A stretch of 64,000 nucleotides of DNA, taken from contig OZ024755.1 in the NCBI GenBank assembly GCA_964016885.1, positions 8,804,001 through 8,868,000 on the forward strand. The letters are read 5' to 3'. Below, in pieces: positions 27,719-43,420 of the stretch. A model generated the notes under the pieces. That model had not been told where the DNA came from. It was given only the letters and a program-made list of their open reading frames with translations, and searched no databases. This DNA is from Eledone cirrhosa. Lineage: Eukaryota. Made by a program: the position numbers and the translations under genes. Every line of letters starts with the position of its first letter. The first letter of the stretch is position 1.

Positions 27719-27949
27719 GGTAGTACATATATATACTGTAGTACAAGAAATATCCAAGGATGAGAGCACGCAGTCCATAGGATGTATGTAGTATAATTAG
27801 TTGCAACAATGACATATACCAACGAAACCAAAGATATACAACTATATGTTCTGGTCACATTGTTAAAACCTTTCCTAATAGGTTTATTCAAACAAGAACA
27901 ATCTGGGATTAAATAGTAACAACAACATAACATTATTAATTGACTTTAT

Positions 27950-28143
27950 AGGGCGGTGGATTGACAGTATAGGTAGAGGATCGGACGCCATGCTTTGACG
28001 CATAGAGTTACGGCCCTTGTCATTCTGAGTTCAAATGCCGCCGAGGTTAACTTTGCCTTTCATCCTTACGAGGTCGATAAAATAAAGTACCAGTAATGTA
28101 CTAGGTATTTGCTGGCCTTGTGCCAAAAGTAGAAACAATTATT
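27950..28143 (+). mobile_element. SINE family A, short young subfamily, with TSD
   Basis: Full-length; TSD ATTATTAATTGACTTTA at 27932-27948 and 28138-28154. Confidence 0.93.
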
Positions 28144-28636
28144 AATTGACTTTAATTCTTACCATCCCGCATCACATGAAACTACATTAGCAAGGCATCC
28201 CTGGAAACTAAAATGCAGCATTATGACTGCATCACATGAAAAATATAATTTTATTTTACTCTAACACTGCAAATTATTATCATCATCAGCAGCAGCAGAA
28301 GCAGCATCAAAACATCAACATAATTGAACTAGTAAATGACATATCCTCTAATAATATTCTCTATTTTCTTCTGTATGACTCTTTTTGCAGTTCAGTTAAT
28401 TTACAGTTCATTACATTTAAACTGTAATTGTTTAATCATGCAATCAGATCATTTAGGATAATTATTTTTCCTCATAGTCATTGGGCTTCTCTCATGAATA
28501 CTAATCATTTGTTGCCTCTAGTAATTTGTGTGCAGTGAATATTTCAGCTATTTATAAACATATAGTTGGCAAAATTTTCCTATACTAACACTGTGTATAT
28601 ATCCTATTTCTTTTATACATATATATATATATATAT

Positions 28637-28662
28637 ATTTATTAAAATAACAGATTAAAGTT
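28637..28662 (-). mobile_element. 26-bp post-cleavage tail of the CAGAAGA-hammerhead family
   Basis: Reverse complement AACTTTAATCTGTTATTTTAATAAAT is identical to 32065-32090. Confidence 0.6.
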
Positions 28663-28731
28663 ATACACACTTTGATTACCTGTACAGGCAATATTTTTTA
28701 AATGGTGTGTACATTTTTTGGCGACACCCTG
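28663..28731 (-). mobile_element. Truncated second copy of the 89-bp Tc1/mariner-type MITE
   Basis: Reverse complement CAGGGTGTCGCCAAAAAATGTACACACCATT...ACAGGTAATCAAAGTGTGTAT aligns to 6335-6404. Confidence 0.75.
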
Positions 28732-29372
28732 TATATATATATATATATATAAGGGACGCACCTCTATGCCATGAAGCATGTTTCCGATGCTCTACCAATT
28801 CTGCCAGTCCACTGCCCTTCTGTCAGAGAATAATATTGGCGGTACACGTGTCTGGTGAATATGTAAACCATTTACTCGTTAAGGTAATGAATATGACATT
28901 CAATTAATTGGACAACTCAATGCTCACCATTGATAAGTGTGGAGGAAAAATCGATCGATCAAATATCTGACATTCTTTGAACTGGCAACGTCAGTTTTCT
29001 TTTACAAACAAAGGAACAAATGCAGATTTTTGTTTCCGTCAACTGGTTTGATGTCAGATCTGATTATTCCTAGCAGGCTGCGAGAGACTTTTAAAGTGGA
29101 CTTGTGGTTTGCTAATAAATAATTTACATAATTCCTTTATACAGTTGACTGCAGGGGTATTTTATTTCTATTTTCATATTCCACAAGCAGGTGTTATTCT
29201 TCGTCGGGTAACTACGTTTTCTAAGATTAGCACGTTTTTTCTTATTTATCAATGTTATGTTCTAACAATGTTTTATCATTTCTTTTTGCTCAATCTTTCT
29301 ACAATCTTTCTTTATATATATATGCAACCATTTTGTTGCAGTATGTCTTTCCTCTCACTCTGTCATTCTATA

Positions 29373-29508
<136 letters not shown>

Positions 29509-29560
29509 CACACACAAATATACACATATAAATATTTATGTATACACAAACGCTCACACA

Positions 29561-29612
<52 letters not shown>

Positions 29613-29614
29613 GT

Positions 29615-29766
29615 GTTACCCATATAAACTGTCTCCCCTATTGGGGAAAATCGACTAATTTTTTAAATTGCATTTGTGATAACATTTTACACGTTTTTAT
29701 TGTATGTAAACTTCCCCCTTTGTATTTGTCCCCTTCTTGTGTGCCACTGTGGCTAATAAAGAAACA
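29615..29766 (+). mobile_element. Probable LINE 3' UTR/tail fragment
   Basis: Unique insert in (TCTA)n ending TGTGTGCCACTGTGGCTAATAAAGAAAC, with a polyA-signal-like AATAAA. Confidence 0.4.
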
Positions 29767-30153
29767 TATCTATATATCTATCTCTCTCTCTCTATATATA
29801 TATATATACATATACACACACAAATATACACATTTATAAATATTTATATATATACACACACGCTCACACACTATCTCTCTCTCTATATATATATATATTC
29901 ACATATATACACACGTGTTAACACACAAGCACACACACATTATATATATATATTCACATTATTACTTTATATATATTTTTTGCTGTCGTTTTCTCTTCTA
30001 AGGCGATTTCAGTTTACCCAAACTTCTATTAGAATATTTTTCTGATCTTTTTCTAAAGATGGATGTATACACATATTCCTTTATATATTTCTTTATATAT
30101 TTCTTTATATATTTCTTTATATATTTCTTTATATAATTATTTATCTATTTATA

Positions 30154-30189
<36 letters not shown>

Positions 30190-30324
30190 ATTTTAAGCTG
30201 ATGTTTGGTTCTCTAATGTTTGCCTGAATACTTTACATATTTAATTACGGTTTTCTCTTCAATTCCGGTTTTCTTTTGAAATAGTTTACGTTGCTCCAGT
30301 TTTGCTTTCTATATATATTATTTT

Positions 30325-30470
30325 ATTCTTTTACTGGTTTCAGTAATCAGACTATGGCCATGCTAGGGCATGAATTTCAAGAGATTTGGTGAATTATATC
30401 GACTCCAAGTTCCTTTGGTTTGTTATGGTTTTTCACATCTGGTGCCTATTTTAATGATCTCTTTTTTTTT
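30325..30470 (-). mobile_element. Decayed SINE 3' part ending in an AGTAAAAGAATAAAA-type tail
   Basis: Reverse strand GCATGGCCATAGTCTGATTACTGAAACCAGTAAAAGAATAAAA; similar tail at 52068-52130. Confidence 0.55.
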
Positions 30471-30961
30471 TCGAAACACGTAGTTACGTTGCATACAGAT
30501 ATGGAAGTGAAAATTGACACACTCACACAAACACACACACGTTACTTAACTTTGATTTCGATGTTGGAGATAGTATCGATATATTTCAAATATTACGAAG
30601 AAAGACTAGTTCACCTTGTTTCTTTTTTCTCACTCCTTCGTTGTTTAACCTGGTATGTCACATTCTATAGTTTTGAATACTCAACGACATGCAGAGATGA
30701 CATCATCTTCCGCCAAAACCTGATAACACTATGCTACGCTGGGATATTCTTCACATCAACATTACATTGAATTCTAAAATATTATGTATAGTTATTTGCA
30801 TGGTGTCGGCTTCCTAAAATGATAGGCAAACATGTTTTCAGATTTCGAATTTCCCCAATGTTTCGTAAGTTAAACAAATATATATACATATATATATATT
30901 TGTTTGCAAAATTACAAACGAATCGAATGTTATTATTAATATTCGAAAAACTCAGATTACA

Positions 30962-31030
<69 letters not shown>

Positions 31031-31153
31031 TAATATATATATATAAATATATATTATATATATATATATAATATATATATACATGTTATATATATATATA
31101 CATGTTATATATATATATATGCATATATATATATAACATGTATATATATATTA

Positions 31154-31186
<33 letters not shown>

Positions 31187-31254
31187 GTAATGTATATATA
31201 TATATAGTAATGTACTATATATATATATATAGTAATATATATATATATATATAT

Positions 31255-31739
<485 letters not shown>

Positions 31740-31989
31740 CTAGTACTTTATTTTATCGACCCCGTATGTTGGCATGCGAACATAAGACCAAGAAGGAAGT
31801 GTTCATTCTCCTGACATGGCTATAAAATTGAGGCTTGTTTGCAAAATTGCAAACGAATCGAATGTTATTATTAATATTCGAAAAACTCAGATTACATTTA
31901 TTGTATTCAGCCATGTAGAGCGAAATTTTCTTTATATATGTATATATAATATATATAAACACACATGCAAGCGTCACAGTGACATACAC

Positions 31990-32180
31990 AGAACTGCGTC
32001 AAAGGATTGATTTTTTTAGTTTCAGAAGATCCTGTTAAGGGTGGAAGCACCGATTCTTTGCTTAAACTTTAATCTGTTATTTTAATAAATATTTGCTCTA
32101 GGGTTCTTATATATTTGATATATATTTATCCTTATCGAGCCCTCTTTGGATTTTAGTTTTCATATTTATTATTATTACTA
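31990..32180 (+). mobile_element. CAGAAGA-hammerhead family element, colinear copy ending in (TA)n
   Basis: Homologous to 60772-60866(-), 60896-60930(+), 57072-57140 and 28637-28662. Confidence 0.75.
32018..32068 (+). ncRNA. Type I hammerhead variant (CAGAAGA core), decayed
   Basis: AGUUU-CAGAAGA-UCCU(GUUAA)GGGU-GGAA-GCAC(CGAUUCU)UUGC-UU-AAACU; GAAA is mutated to GGAA. Confidence 0.55.
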
Positions 32181-32775
32181 TATATATATATGGATGTATG
32201 TGTGTGTGTGTACTCCTATTTATCGATATATTTACCTAAATCGATATATTTATCTAAACCGTGTTTTGTGTGAATAGTATTTCCTCTTCTTATGTAACTA
32301 CCAGGTTTATTTTGTAATTCTTTGGAACTATTATTTCAGGAGTCTTTCACTAATACCCCCTACTCTCTCTCTCTCTCTTTCTCACACACATACACACGCA
32401 AACATATAGACAAACACATACACTTTCTTTCTCTCTTTCAAACACACAAACATTCTGTCGGTCTCCCTTTCAGATGCACTCTCTCTTTCTCTATCTCACT
32501 CAATATAGATATCTCTTACACATACACACATATGTACACACACACACACTCACTTTCTTTATCTTTCTCACACACACACACAAATTTCTCTTTTTCTATC
32601 CCACATACACTTTCTCTATCCCACACATGCTCTTTCACACTCAATATCTCTCTCTTCCACTCTCTCACCTTTCTCTCCCACTCTTTCTCTCGCACTCTTT
32701 CTTTCCCACTTTCTCTCTCTCTCTATATATATATATATATACAATTTGTTCTTCTCTTTCTCTCCTTAACCCCTT

Positions 32776-32820
<45 letters not shown>

Positions 32821-32844
32821 TTTCCAACTCACTTTGTCTCTCAC

Positions 32845-32915
<71 letters not shown>

Positions 32916-33510
32916 GCTTCGATCGATATCCATATAACATATATCCATCTCTGTCTTTAACCTGTATATCTCTATCACTTATCCACTAACCCCATCGCCA
33001 TTCACCATCTCCACGCTTTCTGTTTTTGTTTATCTTTTATTCCACGATAAATTCTTCCCTTTCTTTCCTTTGCACCGAAATCCTTCTTCGATATGGAACA
33101 ATTTGTAAAAAGGCAAACAAAGATCTTTCAAATGGAATGGAATGGAATTCCCAAAGCTACAATTTTGAAGGTGTTTGAATTCATTAAGATCGTTGATTCT
33201 TCTTGAACGATCGTTACCCGTTGCACTAAACACCCCGATATACAGTCAACAGGGAATAACTAACAGTCGACTGGAAGTGTACTAAATCACTACCATTAGT
33301 CATCCAGTAAACTGGGTGATATCCGTACACACACATACAAACATATACACATACAGACATACAGACATACACATACATATCCAGACATACACGCATGCTC
33401 TCATGCAAACATATATGTATATACATTCAGATACACACATTCACTCACACAAACATATATCACTCACGCGAACATATATCTACACGCTTTGCGTGTAGGG
33501 ATATATACTT

Positions 33511-33559
<49 letters not shown>

Positions 33560-33582
33560 TTTCTCTCTATATATATATAATA

Positions 33583-34118
<536 letters not shown>

Positions 34119-34265
34119 TATATATATATATATATATAGTATGCTAGGGAAAGGATCAGGGGTGTATAACACTCCACTTATCCAGCAGGCAGTATGAGGT
34201 TAGCTCAATGTCTGAGGACAGAGCCGTAATATAATAAATAAATAACAAAGAACGCTTATAGCATA

Positions 34266-34336
<71 letters not shown>

Positions 34337-34370
34337 ATATATAATATATACATATATATATATATATATA

Positions 34371-34527
<157 letters not shown>

Positions 34528-35233
34528 TGCATCCATAGACAATTACACACATCCATACATATATGCATACATAAAGACAGAAAGACTGACTATACTTACA
34601 TACATACATATACTTACAAACATATATACACATATATATACACAAATATACTTACATATATATACACACATACACTTACATACATATACTTACATACATA
34701 TACTTACATACATACATACATACACATATACACGTATTAAACAGATTCCATTAGTTATGTAATAACTAGTTAGCTGCGTTCTTTAGATTTTCGTATTCTC
34801 AACGATTCTTCCTGTTTCACCATCTTATGTTGGTTTTAAGACACAAATGATGGTATTGATGGTGATGATGTTGGTGATGATGTTGGTGGTGGTGGTATTG
34901 ATGATATTGGTTGTGGCGATGGTGGTGGTGGTGGTGGTGGTGATGGCATTGATGATATTGGTTGTGCTGGTGGTGGCGGTGGTTTTGGTGGTGGTGAAGG
35001 TGGTATTGATGATATTGGTTGTGATGCGGCTGGTGGTGGAGGTGGTTGTGGTGGTGGTGGTGGTATTGGCGATGTTTAGTTGCGGTGGTGGTGATGGTAT
35101 TGGTGATGTTAGTTGTGGTAGTGGTGGTATTGACGATGTTTAGTTGCGGTGGTGGTGATGGTATTGGTGATGTTAGTTGTGGTAGTGGTGGTATTGGCGA
35201 TGTTTAGTTGCGGTGGTTGTGTGGTGATACTGA

Positions 35234-35495
35234 TTGAAATCCCACCGAGGTTATCTTTGCTTTTCTTCCTTACATAGTCGCCAGAATAAAGCACCAAACT
35301 ACCAGCAATGGGTAGATTTAATCGGCTTTCCTCTTCCCTATAAATTACTAGCCTTGTGCCAAAAGTAGAAACAATCATTATTATTCCCCCCAAGATTAAC
35401 TTTGCCTTTCATCCTTACGGGGTCGATAAAATAAAGTACCAGTAATGCACTGGAAAATTGCTGGCCTTGTGCCAAAAGTAGAAACAATTATTATT
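35234..35495 (+). mobile_element. Two tandem 5'-truncated SINE A copies (long then short subfamily)
   Basis: Both end GCCTTGTGCCAAAAGTAGAAACAAT(C/T)ATTATT. Confidence 0.85.
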
Positions 35496-36793
35496 TCGAT
35501 TTCATTTTGCATCTTAGAGTTATTCTCCATTGTTTCATTTCACCAACCATTCCTTCGTTCTATTTCATGAGGGCGAGTTCAATTATGAGAAGAAAGTAAA
35601 CTACAAAACATAACAATAATTTCAAGCTACTTAGACGCTAAGTTTAAAGTTAATCATCAAAATCACGCTTCTTTCTAATTCTGCTTTTGTGCAAAGGTTT
35701 AAAGGCAGTAAACTTTAATGGGGGTGATGTTGTGCAGAGTAATGTACACTTTGTGATGTTCACGAATTGTTCAAGGGTGAAAGCGACATAAGTTAAAATG
35801 AGACGAAAATAGAAACAGAAAATGAACCGTATCACAGATTCGGTTGACCTGCTAACATAAATGTTTAAGCATGTGGCTGTTTCTGATCATGCTGATATTT
35901 ATTCTGCTGTTGCTGCTGTTCTTTAACATTAGTTCGTCCTTTATCAAGCAGGTCTCTAATCAAAGACTCTCCAGCCATTACTATCCGCTTCCATGTGTAT
36001 GTGTGTGTCTGTGTGTGTGTGTTTGTGTAATACTATTTAGGAGAATTCTGTTCATTATATCGACCAAATAGTGCTGGAATAGTTTGTTCTTTATTTTAAC
36101 GGTCCTAGCGGGGTTTGAACAGAAACGAAAATAGGCGGAATAAATACCGGTAGATATTTTGTGTCAAACACTCTCACGATTCTCCCAAACCAGAACTTTA
36201 AACAACAACAATACCAACAACAACAATAGCAGCAATAACAATAAGAACAATGACAATGACAATAACAACACTAACAACAATGACAATAACAACAATGACA
36301 ATAACAAGAATGATAATAACAATAATAACAATAATAACAATAACAATAACAACACTGACAATAACAACAACAATAAAATAACAGCAATAATAATAGATTG
36401 TAAAACACCGCTGGCAAAAGGCATGATCAGTGTGGCTCCTGGTTTCCCCGCCATCCAAACTTTAAGATTTCATGTCCGCTGTAAACAAAATCAATTTCTT
36501 TTTATTTAGATTTTATATATATTTAAAAGACAAATCCTTTGAACAATACATATTTGCTCAGTCTAGCGTATAGTAAACAGAGAGCCAAGTAAGTAAATAA
36601 AATATTATAATAGCCGAGTATAGGTAGAAAATATATAACAAAAGATGTTTATAGTCATTATTCATTTTCATATTTAAAAGGAAATAGTTGGAACGGAGCA
36701 ATTGTGTGGCATAGATATAAATATAATATACTGGAAAACATTTGTAGTAAAATTTTGATAGACGGAAATTGCGCAGATAACTGTAGGAGTCTG

Positions 36794-36920
<127 letters not shown>

Positions 36921-36948
36921 TTATGTATATATTTATGTATGTGTATAA

Positions 36949-36980
<32 letters not shown>

Positions 36981-37055
36981 ATAATATATATATATAATAT
37001 CTTTAATATAATATAATATAATATAGTATATATATAAATAAATATATATTAATAA

Positions 37056-37088
<33 letters not shown>

Positions 37089-37101
37089 ATATATATAAAT
37101 A

Positions 37102-37232
<131 letters not shown>

Positions 37233-37534
37233 GTCTGTGTACAGAACGAGAGAGGTGGGTCTGTAAGAGTCTGTGTGTGTGTTTATATGTATGTATATAC
37301 ATTAAGATTTTATCAATATATTGACTAACCGATAACATATATGTATAGATAGATGTCTGTGTGTGTCGAAATATATTTAAAAGTGAATGTACTGTTGTGA
37401 TATTCATGCTTTTCCATAAGAATTTAACATGATTAGGCTAGATATCTTATTGGTATACGGTACACCTTAACACGTGTTGAACGAATTAGTCATTACATTG
37501 AAGTACAGAGCTGATGTACACAGTACCACTAATA

Positions 37535-37721
37535 TTTGTTTCTACATTTGGCACAAGCCCAGCAATTACCCAATACATTACTGGTACTTTATTTTATCAA
37601 CCCCGTAAGGATGAAAGGCAAAGTTAACTTCGACGGGATTTGAATCAGGCCGTAAAGGGACGTAACTATGCTATAAAGCATGGCGTCCGACCCTCTACCG
37701 ATACTGCCAATTTACCGCCCT
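37535..37721 (-). mobile_element. SINE family A, short subfamily
   Basis: Full-length reverse copy closely matching 10170-10360. Confidence 0.9.
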
Positions 37722-38100
37722 CTAATACTAACTAGCAGAAGGTATTACATTGACACAAAGTCCACTCCCCTTACTAAAATATGACCGCAGACGCTACATA
37801 TGTGGCACCTTGAGATGGTACTTAACTCTAAGATTTGTAACCCCTACCAACATCGACCACCTCAGTAGGAACTTAAAACAAATTGTTGATTAAATCTACA
37901 GCAAAAAAAAAAATGTTTATAGCGGGCAGCACTGATTGTTCAGCAGGAGGAGGTAACTATAATGGATGATTAGATATTAAACATGTTTTCTTCAGTCTTC
38001 TTTTTCCCTGTTTTACTATATTTTGCTTTTTTCATTCAATTGTTTTCCTTTCCCTTCTCACTCTCCCAAACATCCCATTTTCTCTCTGTATATATATATA

Positions 38101-38162
38101 ATCCAATGAAGGACTAACGCCCGAAACGTTCCGTCGCTCATCCAGCAACATATAAACGTTAT
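38101..38162 (+). ncRNA. Decayed hammerhead candidate
   Basis: CCAAUGA-A-GGAC(UAAC)GCCC-GAAA-CGUU...AACG-UU; two core substitutions and only 2 bp of stem I. Confidence 0.4.
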
Positions 38163-38232
38163 ACTAAAATAACCTCTTATGAATAGAGTTGATATCTAGT
38201 ACCACTTGTATTATCATTGTACACACACACAT

Positions 38233-38264
<32 letters not shown>

Positions 38265-38274
38265 GGGTGTTACG

Positions 38275-38343
<69 letters not shown>

Positions 38344-38374
38344 AAAATGGAACGGGAACAAAACAGAGAGGCAG

Positions 38375-38674
<300 letters not shown>

Positions 38675-38704
38675 CTATATTAAATATTTATGTATGTTTA
38701 TATA

Positions 38705-38781
<77 letters not shown>

Positions 38782-39144
38782 CCATACGTGATTCTTCAAG
38801 CATTGACCCATGTCAAATACTGAAATATGTAAAGTGATTGAAATGAGAAAGCCGGATATGGAAGCACTTTGTATGGAATGTTGACAGTACAATATTTATC
38901 AGGTTGGTAGGTTTTTTTTCACCACCAAATACATATAAAAACAATATAATTGTCTTCTGTTTCAACCAGTGGGATTTTTACATCGAAAGCGAAATGGCGT
39001 GTCTCAAATTATATACGAATGTATGTATGTACGTGCGTGTGTATGTATATGTATATATATATATTATATAATATGTATATATATGTACATATACATATAT
39101 ATACTTATATATGCATATATATACATATATATACTTATATATGC

Positions 39145-39187
<43 letters not shown>

Positions 39188-39197
39188 CATATATATT

Positions 39198-39230
<33 letters not shown>

Positions 39231-40427
39231 ATGTGTCTTTATATGTGTATGTATGGATATATAAATATTGACTCATATCTACCTGTAATAGAATAACGTG
39301 GCATTGAGCCAGCACTAATCGACTTAGTATATCGATTAGTAACATATTTTTCTCACTTTTCCCGTTAAACAAGCTATCGTTATAACCTTAGATGTCGTCT
39401 GCAGAGTTGAAATTCCCAGGTATCATTTTCACAAAATCAAAATGTCGCCTATGATAGATTGATAGATTTGTCTATTAAAAGACAACAATAACAATAATAT
39501 CAACAATAACAACTACAGCAATGAAATTAATCGTTGCCTTTCAGACAATTTTTATTTTAATTACCAAGTATTCACCGGATGATATATAAGATTCTCAAGA
39601 TTAATTATGACAACCATTGAGTTGAAGCTAGAAATTTTTAATGGCTATGTAGTTAGCGGATGTGTTAGGGTATATATATTTCTCCTCTTACTGGGCTCTT
39701 TCATCTTTACATCAAACACGTTAGTTTATCTCTTCAATAAACGACATTTTATAGTCTTGTTTTGTGAAGATCGAATACTAAACTGCCCGTTTAATACTAA
39801 AAGATTTGATGTTTCTATCTACTAAGTTTCAGTTTTTACTATGTAAGTATGTGTGTCTATGTATGCATGTGTGTGTATGTGCGTATGTGTGTACGTGTAT
39901 ATGTGTGTATGTGTGTATTATGTATGTATTATGTATGAATAGGAGTGTGTATGTATGCATGTGTCTATATATTTCTATGTATGTAGGTAGGTGTGAATGT
40001 GTCTGTATGAATGTATGTATTTATGTAGGTTTTCTTGTAACTATATGTCTATGTACGGTTGTAATTATGTATGTATATGTGTATGCGTGTATGTATGTGC
40101 TGTTTGTATGTATATATGTATGTCTTCGTATGTGTATGTGTGCATATATGTGTGTGTTGTAGGTGAGTGGTCTGGTTTTAAATCTAGAATGAAGCAAACT
40201 ACATAATGTAATGCTGGCCTCATTTGTAGGCAATTTAACTTTATTCATTTGTTTATGTGATAGGCAAATTTCAAATTAAAATCATGACTTTATGATTTCC
40301 TTCCTTCAGTTCAGGAAATGAGAATTGTTTAGTGGCTGAGCAGAGAATTGCACAGAAGGAGAGGGAGCGAGATGAAGACATACAAGGAAGTAATAGAATA
40401 TTATGGAATTATAGCCTTTGATGAATG

Positions 40428-40580
40428 TTGTGAAGAGTAATGGAATGATATGGTTAAGTCATGTGCTGAAGAAGAAATAATATGATCGGGTGAGCAGAGT
40501 AGAGGCATTGATTTATGTTCTGAAGTGAAATGGAATGAGATAGTTAAGTCATGTGCTGAGGAAGAATTAATATGTTGGCG
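40428..40580. repeat. ~90-bp tandem duplication
   Basis: AATGGAATGA.AT.GTTAAGTCATGTGCTGA.GAAGAA.TAATATG occurs twice. Confidence 0.75.
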
Positions 40581-42549
40581 GAGGTGTTGGTGTTGGTGCT
40601 AGTCCCATTGTATCACTAAACAAACCGACCCATAATCGAAGGCGTTCCAGATGTGACCAACTTGTCTTTATTTTATATTGACCGCAGCTATTGACTACTA
40701 CTTTCTTTTATCCTCTCCAACATAATGAAGGGCATCGTTGACCTCGTCGGGATTTGAACCAAAGAAAGTAAAGGATCATATCTAAATACTAAGATGTCCT
40801 TTGCTCTTATGATCCTGCTAATCCACCGACATAATTGCTCAACTTAATTATTAAGCCAATGTGTTTCATCATGTAACACTATTTTCAAAGGATTTGGGGC
40901 AATCATAGTATAAACAGTTACACTCCATCCAGTCAACAGTTTCCTCTTCTGCACAAATCATGTTAAGTGTTGTTAAAAACGTTGTTTTGGTAAATATTTT
41001 ATTATCCTTATTATATATACTCTTTCGCCATTACGATTTTTTGTATGATTTTTTTTATTTGTTGTTTTGTTTTTGTTTTCTTTTTGTTTATCACTTGTTT
41101 CTGCCAAGACAGATTCTGTCATCGAATATACTTATCAAATTGAAACAAAATAAAGTGATACACATTGACAGCGTTAATTTATACGTATTTATCTTAGCCT
41201 GTGCCAACAAATATATGGTTTAGTGTGTTTACTCGCCAATACTTCGGCAACTTACGAAGAGAACAAAAATACACTTTACACACAAGCTTTCAAAGAATGA
41301 TAAAAGGAATCTGAAATTCTTTTCGGTACTTAACGATGAAAATATTAGTTATCAACCAACATTCTTTTATTTTTATCGGATGTGTGAAAATACTTTAGGC
41401 TTTTTGATGTTTTTAAAATTAAATGTTTTCACTAATATAACTGTCGAATGAAACATAGTTAAATCATTCTTGTGAATGGTAGATGAAAGACACTTCTCTC
41501 TCAATGGAAGGAAAAAAGAGAAATGTAGACACCGTCTTAACAGGAGGTCAAACTCTACTCTTGCTCGCTGTTATACAACATTATATAACTGCCGTGGTTT
41601 AAGTTTTACCACAAAACAGCAAATCAAAACATTATTTATGAATATATTTATGGGCCTGTAGCTCTCGATTGAATCTTAATGGCGCCGTTGGGACATGCGA
41701 CATATCTTGGGTATTCAAAATGAAGGGATCGCATCCCCGCTTCATGTCAAAACAGCCAATTTCGTCAGAGAGAGATAGAAAAAGGCTCAAATGAATTACT
41801 GAACTGGTAATTTTTCATCGACCTGGTCTGATGTAGCTAGTGTCACTGGCTGTCACTACGGCATTATTTCACCGTCTGCTACGCTTAAAATTAAATTTTA
41901 ATAATTGTTTTTAGTATATTTAAACATTTATTGTTTAATGAAAATCCACTAATCTGTATTCTTTGTCTTTTTCATCTTTATATCCACTAGTTTTTCACTA
42001 ATCTCCTACTACTCATTATACCTTCTAGTGAATCTCTTGAGTTTCACAAACCCCAACAAGTAGGGCGGTAGAGCTGTCTTTGGTAATCTATGCGCTAACA
42101 CTACAGTGCAAGTAAATTTAGTAAAAATAAAAACTAAGAAAGAGAAAGCGAATTAAAGAAAGTGCTACATAAAGTCTTATGTCTGAATTCTAATATCTCC
42201 CCATCGGGTAAAATCGATAAATCATTTTAAATAGAGATGTAAGTTTTTCTGTACATAAATCGCTTCTCTTTTTATCTTCTTTAATTCTAACTAAGAGATT
42301 GGTCTGCCAAACGAGTCTACTGTGTGTCGTACTAGCTAAAACTGTTTATTAGTTTTGAACAAATAAAATTGATTGTCCCTGGCAATGCTTAGATGGCAAT
42401 TTGGCAGTATCGTTAGATCAGCGACTAAAATTATTACTGGATATCTAAGCCCAGAGTTCAAATTTTGCCGAGAACATTTTTGCCTTTGATTAATTTGAGG
42501 TCGACAAATAAAGTAACACTACTGTAATGGAATTGATTCTCTCTCTCTC

Positions 42550-42604
<55 letters not shown>

Positions 42605-42989
42605 TTTCAGCCGACCTAGAAAGAGGTGGGCACCACCATGTTTAAATGTCCAAGACGTGAGGCATGTAATGATGGTGACTCTACAACTACTCAAGGTGTT
42701 AAAGGACTGTGGCATGACTGGGTAATGCTGAAATAATAATTCCTGATGATAGCCGCATCTTGTTGATTAATACACAAACCTGACGTATTCGCCAAATAAA
42801 CAAAGGTTGGTATCGGAAAAGCCCATGGATATATTGGCTTTCTTTTAATATTTTACTCTATTACTGGTTTTTATTATTAGAATAAGGCTACGTTGGATTT
42901 GAAGGGTTTTAATAAGAAATAATCTACTGTAGAATAATTCATCTCCTCACTACACATTAATTCAAGAGAATCTGATAGTGCCCCAGGAC

Positions 42990-43420
42990 CTATTAAGAAT
43001 TACAGGATGGATTGTAAAGCAGCGGAAAATTTCCAGCCAGTCTAATTATGTGAGATCTTGTTTGTAATTCTTCGAGTTTGGGAAATATTTCACTTTTGGG
43101 AATATTCCACTTACATAATGTATATGAGAATAATTTAGATGTCATCTGTTCAGTCTTTATGTATTTCCATAAGTCTATTCTTGGAAAATATTCAAGAGAA
43201 TTTATCAATATGATAAGGCTTCTATCGTTGAAACACGGCGTTATTTATACCTTGTAATCCTTATAAGTTTCACAATATCTGGTAACCTTTTATGGTGACC
43301 ACATATCCATGATATTGCAATATCAGAAACTTACTTTGTTTTTGAACAATTGCTTGCCTAAACCATGTCCCCTAAAAATGCTCCATTACGAGAATAAGGC
43401 TCTATTATCAAAAATGGAAA
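42990..43420 (-). pseudogene. Possible very old Tc1-like DDE transposase remnant
   Basis: Minus translation ..TPCFNDRSLIILINSLEYF..KWNIP..KLEEL..HIIRL loosely parallels LPxxSVIVMDNAxYH..WLxxxNIP..KxEL..HxVLRLPP; interrupted by stops. Confidence 0.28.

Noticed and set aside
34137-34265. TA-flanked unique insert containing CTGAGGA
   Set aside because: No downstream GAAA and no inverted arm; left unclassified.
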